NCBI GenBank assembly: GCA_002269645.1
Contig: NIVC01004361.1
Coordinates: forward strand, 1 to 48,564
Origin: Macrostomum lignano
Lineage: Eukaryota
DNA: 48,564 bases
Direction of reading: 5' to 3'
Both the position numbers and the translations under genes were made by a program. Under the pieces are notes generated by a model. The model worked only from the letters and a program-made list of their open reading frames with translations, searched no databases and had not been told where the DNA came from. Positions 36,404-48,564 of this stretch are shown in pieces. Numbering within the stretch: position 1 is the first letter of the stretch; every line of letters starts with the position of its first letter.

Positions 36404-37288
36404 AAAAATAAACTGCCAGGTTTGACGCCAAGAATCTGCAGTCTGCTGTCCCGCGTAAAATACCATTTTTTGCAAACAATTAGCTGCTAATATTAGCAGT
36501 CAGTTTACTAATATAATGATATATATATATAGCCATACATTGCACAGAGGGCAATTTTTATTATTATTAGATCAGCTAATCCAGATTCCCATTTTTTCTA
36601 TTCGTTGACAACAATCTTCATCAGCATATCTGAGGGAGAGAGAGAGAGAGGCTGAAAAGATGAGGCAGATGGGTCGGGTCACGCCCAGCATTGCCGCATG
36701 AGAGAGAGAGAGAGAGTTGAACACACAAACAGACCGATAGCTGCCTGTCTATTTTGACTGTTGGAAAATCTGCGCACACGCGGGCAAAGTCACTCACCTC
36801 ACCCCCACAAGCATTGCTTCCCTATTTACATCATCTTATACCTGCAATCGTCTATACACATCTTTCTCTATTCATCAGTCTTCAGCATTCAGGCCTCAGG
36901 GATGGCGATGGAAAACAAACAGAGTTGGGCACGAATCGCTGCCAGCTGCATGGCTAATCCTAAAAATATCAGTCGCAAGGCAGCGCAGAACCGTCTTATG
37001 CCAAAATATTACCTGGGTACATACCATTTGGTCGAGTTACGTCGGATAATGGATGTGAATAAATTGGCTTGATTGCGGAAAAATAAATCTGCTAGCTTAT
37101 CTTGACTTATCCAGCAAATTTCTTTTAAACTAAAAATATCAAAAGTTTTAATTCATTTTACACGATGTGTAAAGTGATGGATGATACGGATTAGGAATAT
37201 TTCGTCAGATTCATTTCTAGGATGAGAAAATTGCCAAGAGGGAAGAATGAAAAAAGTTTAGTTACATAGATGGGAAAATTTAAGAATT

Positions 37289-37990
37289 GGGAGATTTAGG
37301 AATGGGGAGATTCAGAGATGCAGATTCAAGGACGGGAGATTCAGGGATAGGAGATTCGGGGATGGGGTGATTTACGGATGGGAGATTCAGGGATGGGGGA
37401 AAGGGGATGGGGAGATTTAGGGATGGGAGATTCAGGGATGGCGAGATTCAGGGATGGGAGATTCAGGGATGGCGAGATTCAGGGATGGGAGATTCAGGGA
37501 TGGGAGATTCAGGAAGGGGGTACAGTAATGGGAGATTCAGGGATGGGAGATTCAGGAAGGGGGTACAGGAATGGGAGATTCAGGGATGAGGGCATAAAGG
37601 GATGGGAGATTCAGGAAGGGGGTACAGGATGAGGAGATTCAGGGAGAGGGGCATAAAGGGATGGGGAGATTCAGGGATGGGAGATTCAGGTATGGGAGAT
37701 TTAGGAAAGGGGTACAGGAATGGGAGATTCAGGGATGATGGCATAAAGGGATGAGGAGATTCAGGAATGGGGAGATTCAGGGAGAGGGGCATAAAGGGAT
37801 GGGGAGATTCAGGGATGGGAGATTCAGGGATGGGAGATTCAGGGATGGGAGATTCAGGGATGGGAGATTCAGGAAGGGGGTACAGGAATGGAAGATTCAG
37901 GAATAAAAAGATTCGGGGTGGGGAGACTTAGAAACGCGGAGATTCAGGGATGAGAGATTCAGGGATGGGAGATTCAGGAATGGCAAGATT
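37289..37990 (+). repeat. G-rich ~15-bp degenerate minisatellite
   Basis: Unit GGGAGATTCAGGGAT with inserts GGGGGTACAG and GGCATAAAG. Confidence 0.92.
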
Positions 37991-38614
37991 TAATAGAAGG
38001 AAAGAGCTCAAAGAATTTTAAGAAACGGAAAGCAAATATAATTATAAAAACAGAAACAGGAAATTCAGAAATGAAAGAAAGTGAAAATCAGCAGCCTCTT
38101 TATCAATTCCACAGACCCCTAATTTGCATAGAAATTATGAATAAAACCAAATCGATAATTCTGTTTAGAACTCTAAAAAGAAAGCAATCAACTAATCTGC
38201 TGACCCGTGAATGAAGTTGAGGCAAGGGTGAGATTGAACTAACTGATATAAGACTAGCAATATTGGCGCCTTTCTACCAAACCTAGTCCAGACGCTAGTC
38301 CAGACGCTTATAACGAAATCTTTTAGAATTCCTTGCCCTATATGTATATCATAATCGACTTTTTCTTCTATCCGTCACTCTTGACCTGCAGGAGAGTTCG
38401 AGCAAATAGCGAGCGCTGTGAAGTGGAAAGTGGAGAACTGAACAAATAAATCATCAATCTGGATGGTTAATATTGCCAAATGTTTGGAATATGAAGCAGC
38501 CGACTTGCTGTTGCATGTGATAAAGAAACAAGTAATATAAAAAACTTAACTAAAACAAAGTAGCAGGAATTTTGGAGTCGCCAAAAACATGTAAAGGATG
38601 GTCAGGTCTACAAG

Positions 38615-40465
38615 CTGTGGAATTGGGGTTACAGTGTACTCAAAAACGCCTGTGGGATGGGGTGACAGTGTGCTCAAAAACACCTGTGGAATTGGGTAAG
38701 TGTGCTCAAAAACACCTGTGGAATTGGCCGTAACAATGTGCTCAAAAACACCTGTGGAATTGGAGTGACAGTGTGCTCAAAAACACCTTGGAATGGGGGA
38801 TAACAGTGTGCTCAAAAACACCTGTGGAATTGGAGTGACAGTGTGCTCAAAAACACCTTGGAATGGGGGATAACAGTGTGCTCAAAAACACCTGTGGAAT
38901 GGGAGTGACAGTGTGCTCAAAAACACCTTGGAATGGGGGATAACAGTGTGCTCAAAACACCTGTGGAATGGGAGTGACAGTGTGCTCAAAAACACCTGTG
39001 GAATGGGGGATACCAGTGAGCTCAAAAACACCTGTGGAATGGGGATAACAGTGTGCTCAAAACACCTGTGGAATGGGAGTGACAGTGTGCTCAAAAACAC
39101 CTGTGGAATGGGGGATACCAGTGAGCTCAAAAACACCTGTGGAATGGGGATAACAGTGTGCTCAAAAACACCTGTGGAATGGGGGTGACAGTGCGCTCAA
39201 AAACATCTGTGGAATGGGGATAACAGTGTGCTGAAAAACACCTTGGAATGGGGTGACAGTGAGCTCAAAAACACCTGTGGAATGGGGTGACAGTGTGCTC
39301 AAAAACACCTGTGGAATGGGGGTAACAGTGTGCTCAAAAACACCTGTGGAATGGGGATAACAGTGTGCTCAAAAACACCTGTGGAATGGGAGTGACAGTG
39401 TGCTCAAAAACACCTGTGGAATGGGGGTAACGGGGTGCTCAAAACACCTGTGGAGTGGGGTAATACTGTGCTCAAAAACACCTGTGGAGTGGGGGTAACA
39501 GTGTGCTCAAAAACACCTTGGAATGGGGTGACAGTGCGCTCAAAAACACCTTGGAATGGGGGATAACAGTGTGCTAAAAAACACCTTGGAATGGGGTGAC
39601 AGTGTGCTCAAAAACACCTGTGGAATGGGGGTAACGGTGTGCTCAAAACACCTGTGGAGTGGGGTAATACTGTGCTCAAAAACACCTGTGGAGTGGGGGT
39701 AACAGTGTGCTCAAAAACACCTGTGGAATGGGAGCGACAGTGTGCTCAAAAACATCTGTGGAATGGGGTGACAGTGTGCTCAAAAACATCTGTGGAATGG
39801 GGGCAACAGTGTGCTCAAAAGCGCCTGTGGAATGGGGGTGACAGTGTGCTCAAAAACACCTGTGGAATGGGAGCGACAGTGTGCTCAAAAACACCTGTGA
39901 AATTGGCCGTAACAGTGTGCTCAAAAACACCTGTGGAATGGGAGCGACAGTGTGCTCAAAAACACCTGTGAAATTGGCCGTAACAGTGTGCTCGAAAACA
40001 CCTGTGGAATGGGAGTGACAGTGTGCTCAAAAACACCTTGGGATGGGGTGACAGTGTGCTCGAAAACACCTGTGGAATGGGAGTGACAGTGTGCTCAAAA
40101 ACACCTGTGGAATGGGAGCGACAGTGTGCTCAAAAACGCCTGTGGAATGGGGTAATACTGTGCTCAAAAACATCTGTGGAATGGGGGCAACAGTGTGCTC
40201 AAAAGCGCCTGTAGAATGGGGGTGACAGTGTGCTCAAAAACACCTGTGGAATGGGAGCGACAGTGTGCTCAAAAACACCTGTGAAATTGGCCGTAACAGT
40301 GTGCTCAGAAACACCTGTGGAATGGGAGCGACAGTGTGCTCAAAAACACCTGTGAAATGGGGTGACAGTGTGCTCAAAAACATCTGTGGAATGGGGTGAC
40401 AGTGTGCTCAAAAGCACCTTGGAATGGGGGTAACAGTGTGCTCAAAATCACCTGTGGAATGGGGG
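38615..40465 (+). repeat. ~35-bp minisatellite, ~53 copies
   Basis: Unit ACAGTGTGCTCAAAAACACCTGTGGAATGGGAGTG with variants. Confidence 0.96.
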
Positions 40466-40914
40466 CAGCACAGCTAGGTCCTCATACACCGTGTTAGAAA
40501 ACTTTACGCGTGTATATAAAGCAATGACTCACTGATACATATAGAAGAAGTAGCTGGTGGACAGACTGAATAGCAGAACCTGAAATTGTTAAGTAAAGAT
40601 ATTTAAACAGTCCTGGAACATTATTGTTAATTGCATTAGAAATGTCGGCTTTTACCTCGCCATACGGCACTGGCCGAACCAAATTTCTCGCCTTCAGCAT
40701 CCTATAGACCGCATCAGCAGCCTGGCAACAAAAATTATGCAATAAAATTTGCTACTATTGCTACCAAGATGATTTTGAAGTGCAGCAGTTCAAACTTACA
40801 ACGTTTGTCATGTAGACAGCTAACATTTGACGACTGAAAATACGAAATTAAAAGTATATATTGATTGTAGCATATAGCAATATATGGGAACGGGTAATAT
40901 CCATTACAGATCCA

Positions 40915-41097
<183 letters not shown>

Positions 41098-43299
41098 ACA
41101 AAAAACACAGGCACTAAGGCAAGCTGACAGACAGGTAAAATGGCACAGATACAGACAGATAGACATGAAGACAGGAAGACATTAGGACACAGAGACAGAC
41201 ACAGTAGCAGCACTTTAATTGGGGGGGGGCAGTTGGGTGGTCATCCTCTGGTGGAATAGGAGGGTGGTCACCTTCACTACCACTGTACAAACAAGCAGCA
41301 CACAAAAAGCTATATATATATTGATAGCAATCAAAATTATACACACACAGACAGACAGAGTTTTGATTTTTATAGGTAGAGATAAGTTAGAAGCTTACCG
41401 CTGTTGCCTCTCAAAGCAAATAGCTAGTGCAGAGGAGGCAAGTCCTGGTAGGAAGCCAGTATTGGCCATTGTAAAGCTTTTGCTAATGAGGTGTCTAAAA
41501 TACAAAAATTAGGTAAAAATAACGGTTTTAAATAAAATAAAAACAATAAAAATGCATTAAATCAACCAATTAGCTATCTAAAATGTAGGTATTTAGAAAA
41601 TTAACAAGTATAGAACAAACTTAGACTATTTTCGATGTATGTAGACAATAATAGACTTCTATAATGTTTGATTTTGTATACTTTATATAATAACAAAAAA
41701 CAGTTACTTTTTAGAATGCATATATATTTATTTCTGTAATATGTTTCTTATATTAATCAGTTTGTTATTTTAGCTAATTTTAATAACTTTAAAAATGACT
41801 TTGAAAACATAGCTAACTAACTTACCTCCATAAACAAACTGCCATTATGAATGACAAGGCATTAGTACCAAGGAAAAATGATGATCTAAGTAGTTCTGGA
41901 AACACTTGCATTAACTGTTTATAGATAGTTGATTTGCCTTGATTTTTCCTTTTTCTTATAAATAGTGACAACTGAAATAGAGAAATAGGTTAAAATTGTC
42001 ACTTAAATATGGTAAAAAGACAAGTATTAAGCCAAGGATAAAACTTAAAAAATATATATTTAATCATTATCATTTCTATATATTTAAAAACTTCTATCTC
42101 ACTTTTGAGCCTTTTTCCATGATTTGGATTGGATCCAATTTAATATTGAATTCCATAATTTAATGAAATTTATTACCACCAATCCATAAATCATTAATCA
42201 GTGGCTCAGTACCATGATCAGTGACATGTTGTAGTTTGCAATGTCAGGTTCCAAGACTAAGTTCTAATTCTAAACATGCTTAGTCTTCTTACAAACTGAA
42301 ATTTCTACAATACAATTTACACTAAACTACTGAATCTAGCTGAATGTTACATGAGGCTATACGGCTATACTACACTTACAATATACAACGGTAAGTAAAT
42401 TTTGAAGGCCGACTTATAGCTAGCAAAAGCCACTGCTTTCCACGCTTGAAGACAGCTTGCAGACCACGTATGGCAGACCTCATAGCATGTGAAGCCATGT
42501 AGAGCATTCTTCTCTGAATATTTGCTTAGGACAGCCATTTTTGTATATTTTTTTATTTTAGTGGAAAGATGATTTCATCAATATCATTTAAATTGTATTA
42601 TTCAATAAACACGTGCTTACATAATTGGAATTTGTTTCTATGGAATGCATGTATTTAAAATAAAACACGAGCTTTAACAAAAACTCTTTTTTCGCTTTAT
42701 TTCTTATCCACATTATGAATATTAAAAACAGCTTCAATCGATTCTAATTGATTTTTTGTTGCGTTTTACTTCAGTTTTTAAGCAGTAAAGTGCTTTTTAA
42801 GCAAAATATACTACACTTAGTTGGAAAAACAAGAGATTTGGGGGAGCGGGTCGGGGCCAAGACCCTCTCCGTTTCGATTGATGGTGAAAAATAAAAAAAG
42901 GATTATTATACTATTATATTAATTAATATTTTCATTACATTCTATATGTCTTCATACAGACAAGTCAGATCCAATTAACTAATTAGGTTAAGGTGAAAGC
43001 GGGCAAAATCCAATTTCTTCATATAGTTAACTTCAACTCTTCCCAAGCCGAAAAGTCTTACTTTTTCCATGGCACTTCCTTCATCTGTTGAAAGAAAATT
43101 TCGATCATACGCCAAAACGAATATCCAGTTCAGGCAGAACAAAATAGCTTTTCACACTTTTCCAAAACGATGTTTTTCCTGAATCGAGTACCCAGACCCA
43201 TACTCGAACGCAATGTTTCTTGGATTTGGCATCCACATATGCAAGCAATTGTTCTCATCAATGCAAGGATAGGAACACTTGTAAACTGTGATCGGCATT

Positions 43300-43800
43300 A
43301 AGCGCTTAATCCCATGGCCCCACCCCCAATAGGCTCCCGCTCGGCTGCAGCACCGCCCGCGCATCGTGTAAATCCAATCAGCGCGTTGGCGCAGAACACG
43401 ACGGATTCCTACGGAAGATGCAATAAACAGTGCGGAAATGCCCAAGCGGCTGTTTTCTCTCTGTACAATAGAGAAGCAACGGAGGCTCCCGCTGCTGTCA
43501 TCGGCTATATAGACCCCCAAGCTAGCGGTGGAGAAAAAAATAACGAGAACTTTGATGGGAGAGCCACCGCGCCGCTTCTGCTGCCGCTGTGCTTGCTGCT
43601 ACTGCTAGATGCCCCAGCGGAGGCAAACAAGCTGAAATTCATCTCTCTTTCTCCAAAAGCTGCCCCCGCCCGATGGCACACGCGTCTCTTTTTTGATTGA
43701 AGCGCGGCGCGGGGTGGTTGTTGAAGAAATGCGCTATTTCGGCAGTTATAATACCCGCTTCTGTATAATACACGCGCCCCCCCCCTCTCAGTTCAAATAG
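43300..43800. promoter_or_regulatory. CpG-rich promoter-like island upstream of TMEM135-B
   Basis: Local GC/CpG rise in an AT-rich background. CCAAT at 43326 and 43374, CCGCCC motifs and TATATAG near 43506. Lies 0.8-1.2 kb 5' of the copy B start codon. Confidence 0.3.
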
Positions 43801-45635
43801 CTGTCAGATGCAGTTCTCAGCTCTCCATATAGCATAATGCTTATGGAATGAAGTGTCTGTCGGTCTTTTTTCCTCTCGGCTCACAATTTTAGAAGCCTGA
43901 GCAATAGTAGGGACTCAACTCATTCCTGCGGGTAGAAATGGAAAGAGAATTCACTAAAAAGGAGGGAAGGATAGAGATGGTAGAGAAATCAGGTGCACAA
44001 TTGATGGACGAAATGGCTTTGCCTTCAACAAGAAGCCACGCCAGGTTGGAAAGAGATTTGAGTCCGTTAAAGAAAGAAAGAAATGAGCTGATGAGGGGTG
44101 AAGGCCTTCTCTTGGATAACCATTGTGTTTGCGCTGTCACACCTGACTGATGTGTGTGACAGGTGTTCAGTTTGCTGCAGCAGGCTCTAAATATAACTGA
44201 GGCGGTATATAAATTATAATCAAGAAAAAAGAGAGCAGAGATAGAAGCGGAGCAATGAAAAAGAGACGAAAAGTTAAGAAAAAGAGTCGACAGATGAAGC
44301 ATAGAGACTGCAAACAGAGATGAAATATGGCATTGCAGACTGAGAGACATATGATAGCTCCAGCTGACCCTTACAATGCGATAAGCTATATGAGAGACTG
44401 TCGACCAAAAGTTACTGAAAAACTTTTGCATGCCGCTAGCCGAAATTCCGAGTTAAATTTAAAGCTCTGAGTACAAGCTAAAATGAGAGGAAAGTTAAGA
44501 AATTAAAACAAAGTATGTACTCGAAGCTATACGTATTTCAGATCAGGGAAGACTGAACCAACTTAAAATGTACGTGGCACTTTAGTACAATGAAATAATT
44601 AATTTGCGGAGCATTAAATTCTTCAGACAAAAGACTTACTCTATGCGATTTTATGAGTATATTAAGAATTAGCTTTACTATATTTTACCAGAACAAACCA
44701 ACCCCTGCACCAGGAGCATGACAAGAGTTGAATTGAAATGAATGTTGACAGTTGTTCATGCAGCTTCCGCTCAATTCACTCGCGCAGTGTCAACCCCTCT
44801 CCCCACCCCCGCCGTGAGGCCTGCTGCCACTCCTGTTGCATGATAGCTTTTGCATATAGCACCGCTCAAAACCGAAACACAACCAAAACCAGACAGTATA
44901 GTGAGCACAGTTTTGTAAATTTGAGCTCAGAGTCTACAGGCCCACACACGACATAACTCGTACTAAATAATTTCTGCAGTTTGATAGCGGGCAGTCAGAC
45001 AGAAAGAGAAAGACTGCATGTCAAAAAAGCAGTCTGGGCCTGTGTCGATGTTTTGAAATATTTACAAAATCGAAATTTTGAGTCATGCAGACCCTAATTA
45101 TACTAATCAGTTCCCATAGTGGAGCACGCTGCTGATCTTCAGCCAATCTCAGACATACAAATTGCTTTCTAATACGTTATTAAGAAACAGTTAGCAGTCC
45201 TATCTGATGAGAGTAATAAATATCCAAATCCCAAGGGTCTAAAACAGTGTGCAGCTTAGCAATATCCCCCAGCGTGGTTGGCTGACTCATTCATCTCAAG
45301 GCTCGTTTCCCCAAGGCCATGCGTAATGCTGAGTTATCTCAATGCCAAGGAAGGATATACGGAATGAATTTTGGAGAAAATGAACGACAAAGCTTTCGAA
45401 TTATATTTACGGATCTTGGATTCCATAAAATATGTAGTATAATACTTCTCAGCATAGACATTTATTTAGTACACAGATATCGTAAGTAGTATGCAAACCG
45501 TTAACTAAGGTAATTATCATTTGAAACTGTCAGCTAAATTCTATGTACACTACGCAAATAAAACGCTGAAACTTTGTTATTGCATTCGCTTTTTAGAAGA
45601 CAAAAACATGAAAATTAGGACCAGTCATAATTCAG

Positions 45636-47257
45636 ACGGACATGCAACAGATGGTTGATAGAAAACTCAAATCAGTATTAGTTCATCATCCTAGTAACCG
45701 GACAGTTTACCTTGGAGATCAAGAGTTAGTAGCTAAAAACACCGGTTGTTATGCGAGTATTTTTTGTTTAAAAACGATTAAAACTGCTATAAAAACATTT
45801 GATTTGAAACAAAGAGCATTCATTGGTATAGAAAATTTGACTCAAACTAATACAAAAGCTAAAAGTACATGAAACTTTTAAAGTAAAAATTAATTCGGGC
45901 GCGGCAGGTGAAGCTCGACCTAATTCGTACTGACTGCTTTTGCTAAAAGCAATAGCAAACTGATCACAAATAGTTCGCGACTTGAGCTCAGACGCTAAAA
46001 AAGTTTAGTTTAAATATAAATAGAAAAAGAGATCAGAACTAAGCTCAGATTGGAGGAAGATATTTTTAGTGACAAAACAGATTATTACAAACACAGGTGA
46101 AACTCTGACGCAAGCTATGCAGCTACACTAATGTAAGACAGAAATATAGTATGATTGGCAGGGTTGTCAAGGGTACCAGTGCTGTCAGAAGTGTTCGATG
46201 TGTCTGGGGGTGTCAGGGGTTGTCAGGGATGTCAGTTGTCAGAGATGTCAGGGTTGTCGGAGGCGTCAGAGGTGTCAGGGGTGTCAGGGGTGTCAGGAGT
46301 GTCAGAGGTGTCACTGTTAGGGTGATCGAGTTGTGATTAGAAGTCTAAAAAAGACTATCCATTAAGCCATATATTGTACACAGAAATAAATTGTATGAAT
46401 GAAATACAACATTTGGAAATAGTTTGACAGTTTAAAATGAAAATTGATAGCCAAAAAAATACGCACAAACGCAACATACCTACATATGCTACTGCAGCAA
46501 TTACAGAGGTTAATTTGTAACAGAATAAGCTCGCGACTACAGGTGTTTCTGATATTCGAAACCTAGCGAACTAGAAGCAGCAAGAGTTGTCAACTATATC
46601 GCTAGATAATCGGCTGCATTGAAAACGCGCAATTTAATCGATGAAAATTGTGAAAGCAATTTTGGTCCGAAATGAGATGAAAAAAAGAAAAATTTTCAGA
46701 TTTCGATAGACAAGTATTTTATGCAGTAAATAACATACAGTACTAACCAGTTGACTTTCTGTAATATGTAACAAAAGCTGTCGATAATTCATGAACTGTT
46801 TGTTACAGTGAAGCTACGTTGCCAATGACAACACGGTAAAAGTCAGCTGTACAAATACAAAAAGTACACAATCCAGTTACTATCATCTACACGGTGAAAT
46901 GAGTTAACTGACTTAGTCGCATGGCATAGCTGAACATATTGATAGCAGCAACTACAGCAGATACAAAGATAAACTGCCTGTCTGTGCATTACAATAATTC
47001 AATTGATTGCTTATATACAATGATGAATTTGCTAAATCTATTTTCTGTTTAAGCTCGTTAGCGAACGCATGCGAGAGAGAACGGTGGAGTTTCTGCAACG
47101 TTTCTCGATTGCTACCGCTTCTTCCAAGCAGGAGCAGACAATTATTGGATCGCAATTTTTTCTGAAGATTTGCAGATTCAAAGCCACAGAATTCGCTGAT
47201 GCTGACTGGCTGGCTGAAGGATTATTGAAAAAAATTGACGACTTGTTAGAATCATAG
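45636..47257 (+). CDS. Putative last two exons of an unknown plus-strand gene
   Basis: Exon 45636-45724 (ttcag / GA|gttagt) joins in phase 2 to 47176-47257 (ttgcag acceptor), giving TDMQQMVDRKLKSVLVHHPSNRTVYLGDQEFKATEFADADWLAEGLLKKIDDLLES-stop. Upstream exons not resolved. Confidence 0.3.
46171..46322 (+). repeat. Degenerate 9-bp GTCAGGGGT repeat
   Basis: Direct reading. Confidence 0.8.
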
Positions 47258-47259
47258 GT

Positions 47260-47410
47260 GTCAGACAGTTAAATTAGGTGTCAGGGATGCCAAACTGTGT
47301 CAGGGCTGCTAAATTGTGTCAGGAGTGCCTAACAACTGTGTCAGGCGTGCCAAAAAACTTTGTCAGGGTTGCTAAACTGTGTCAGGAATACTTCAGCTGT
47401 GTCAGTACTG
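47260..47410 (+). repeat. Degenerate TGTCAGG-anchored repeat (~18-20 bp spacing)
   Basis: About 8 TGTCAG(G) motifs with variable linkers. Confidence 0.65.
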
Positions 47411-48251
47411 TCAAATAAGTGTCAATGAGATCATAATTAAAGTCATAGCAACCTTTGTTAAAATATTGCAGACTGCAAGCGTTAATCTTAACGCTACACA
47501 CCTTGTCTAACCAGGCCCAGATCAAATCACAGTGCTTGGTAGGGTCAGGCAGACCTGAGGGGACAGACCCAAGGCAGCCAAATGGTCGCACAGCAACAAG
47601 CGGCAGAGCCAATGCTGTTTGATTGACAGGTAAGGGTATAAATTAGTTGATTAAAGCAGGGTGGCATTGCTTGAGGCTTGACTGGCTGCGCCACAAGTAA
47701 TGCATTCTCTACCCAGGCAAAAGCTTTTCCTTGCGCTGGTAGGCTTGGGTGTTATCAATTGAAAATCACTGGACCGCCACCTCATACATAGAGTTTTCCT
47801 TACGCTAAGCTAAAGCTTAAAACCCCTTCAAGCTCGCGGGTCTAAGGGACCTATGCACTGGGTTTTCAAGTTAAGACACCTTCCTTTAGCACAGCAGCCA
47901 CCCCTCCACTCAGTCAGTCAGTCAGGCAGAGGCAAGGCTATAATGCTTAGAAATTTTGCCAAGAAAAGCAAGGGCCAAATTTAACTATTTGACGTTCACT
48001 ATGCTTGTAAATCTTAGAGACCGTTCGCCGTGATTGTTTACCCAGTCCCTAATATTGCGCTTGCGAAGCCAGTCTCTGTTCAGACCTTTTTAAGCTAGCA
48101 GGTCATTATCGCTACACACCTGTCAGTCAGAATCTCCTCAGAATTTACAAATATTGACCGTTTAACGCTAATAGATTGATAGGTTGATTAGTATTGTAAT
48201 TATCACTCTTCGAAAACCTTAACTTTCTTTAAGAAATAAGACAACGCTTAC

Positions 48252-48564
48252 CTTTGTTCGGGACTATTGAATTCACAGGAAGGTGGTCGAGTCGGGACCA
48301 GGTTCTGCTGCATCTTCGGGTAGCCGGTAATGGTCTTGTCGCCAAGAGCAAAGTGTGCTGCTGATGCTGTTGAAATGGTGGCTGCAGCTGTTGGTAATGA
48401 TGATGCTGCTGCTGCTGCTGCTGCATCGGATGCTGCTTGGTCCAGCGTTTGGCGAAGCTGCTCACCATTGAGATGCTGAGCCTGCCTGCTGGTACTGCTG
48501 CTGATGCCTGCTGCGGAAGCGGCGGCAGAGCGGCCTCCGGAGCGGAACCGCAGCTGCCTTCCGG
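48252..48564 (-). CDS. Partial low-complexity coding exon of a gene extending beyond the window
   Basis: GC-rich CAG/GCA-rich stretch ending at a strong AAAG|gtaagc donor. Two minus frames are open (poly-Gln/His, or poly-Ala ...GYPKMQQNLVPTRPPSCEFNSPEQ). The true frame is not determinable. Confidence 0.5.

Noticed and set aside
35391-40465. 25-bp and 35-bp arrays as CRISPR arrays
   Set aside because: Units are head-to-tail with no unique spacers, there are no cas genes, and the context is a eukaryotic intron.
38615-40465. RAG/Transib recombination-signal-like heptamer and nonamer in the 35-mer (GACAGTG...CAAAAACAC)
   Set aside because: The spacer is ~4 bp rather than 12 or 23, and the essential CAC of the heptamer is absent.
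43314-44431. ORFs 43314..43700 (+) and 43889..44431 (-) as genes
   Set aside because: No recognisable domain or consistent splice model, and composition bias can explain the open frames.
45200-45240. Hammerhead ribozyme core (CTGATGA; also at 11223)
   Set aside because: No matching GAAA and stems. The 11223 instance is RT coding sequence on the other strand.
46171-46322. Interstitial telomeric repeat
   Set aside because: The unit is a 9-mer (GTCAGGGGT), and there are no TTAGGG runs.

Overview
Eukaryotic (animal) genomic DNA with GT-AG introns, very rich in simple repeats. A flatworm such as Macrostomum is plausible from the repeat load and low-complexity ORFs, but this is unverified inference. 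The core is a tandem pair of 9-exon TMEM135 paralogs on the minus strand (A: 16846-27234; B: 28809-42538), which I reconstructed exon by exon. Copy A carries an extra, phase-compatible duplicate of exon 3. The two copies share a ~425-bp near-identical tract in exon 9 amid otherwise ~70% identity, and copy B has a 1-bp frameshift inside that tract. Different introns have been inflated by different micro- and minisatellites in each copy. The left third is a transposon cluster: an internally deleted Gypsy remnant, a decayed MULE transposase, a foldback MITE, an RTE-like LINE and a Tc1/mariner mini-element that keeps its DNA-binding ORF. There are also nested MITEs in intron 1 of A and several low-confidence orphan genes. 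No rRNA, tRNA or CRISPR array was found. All alignments and counts were done by eye.
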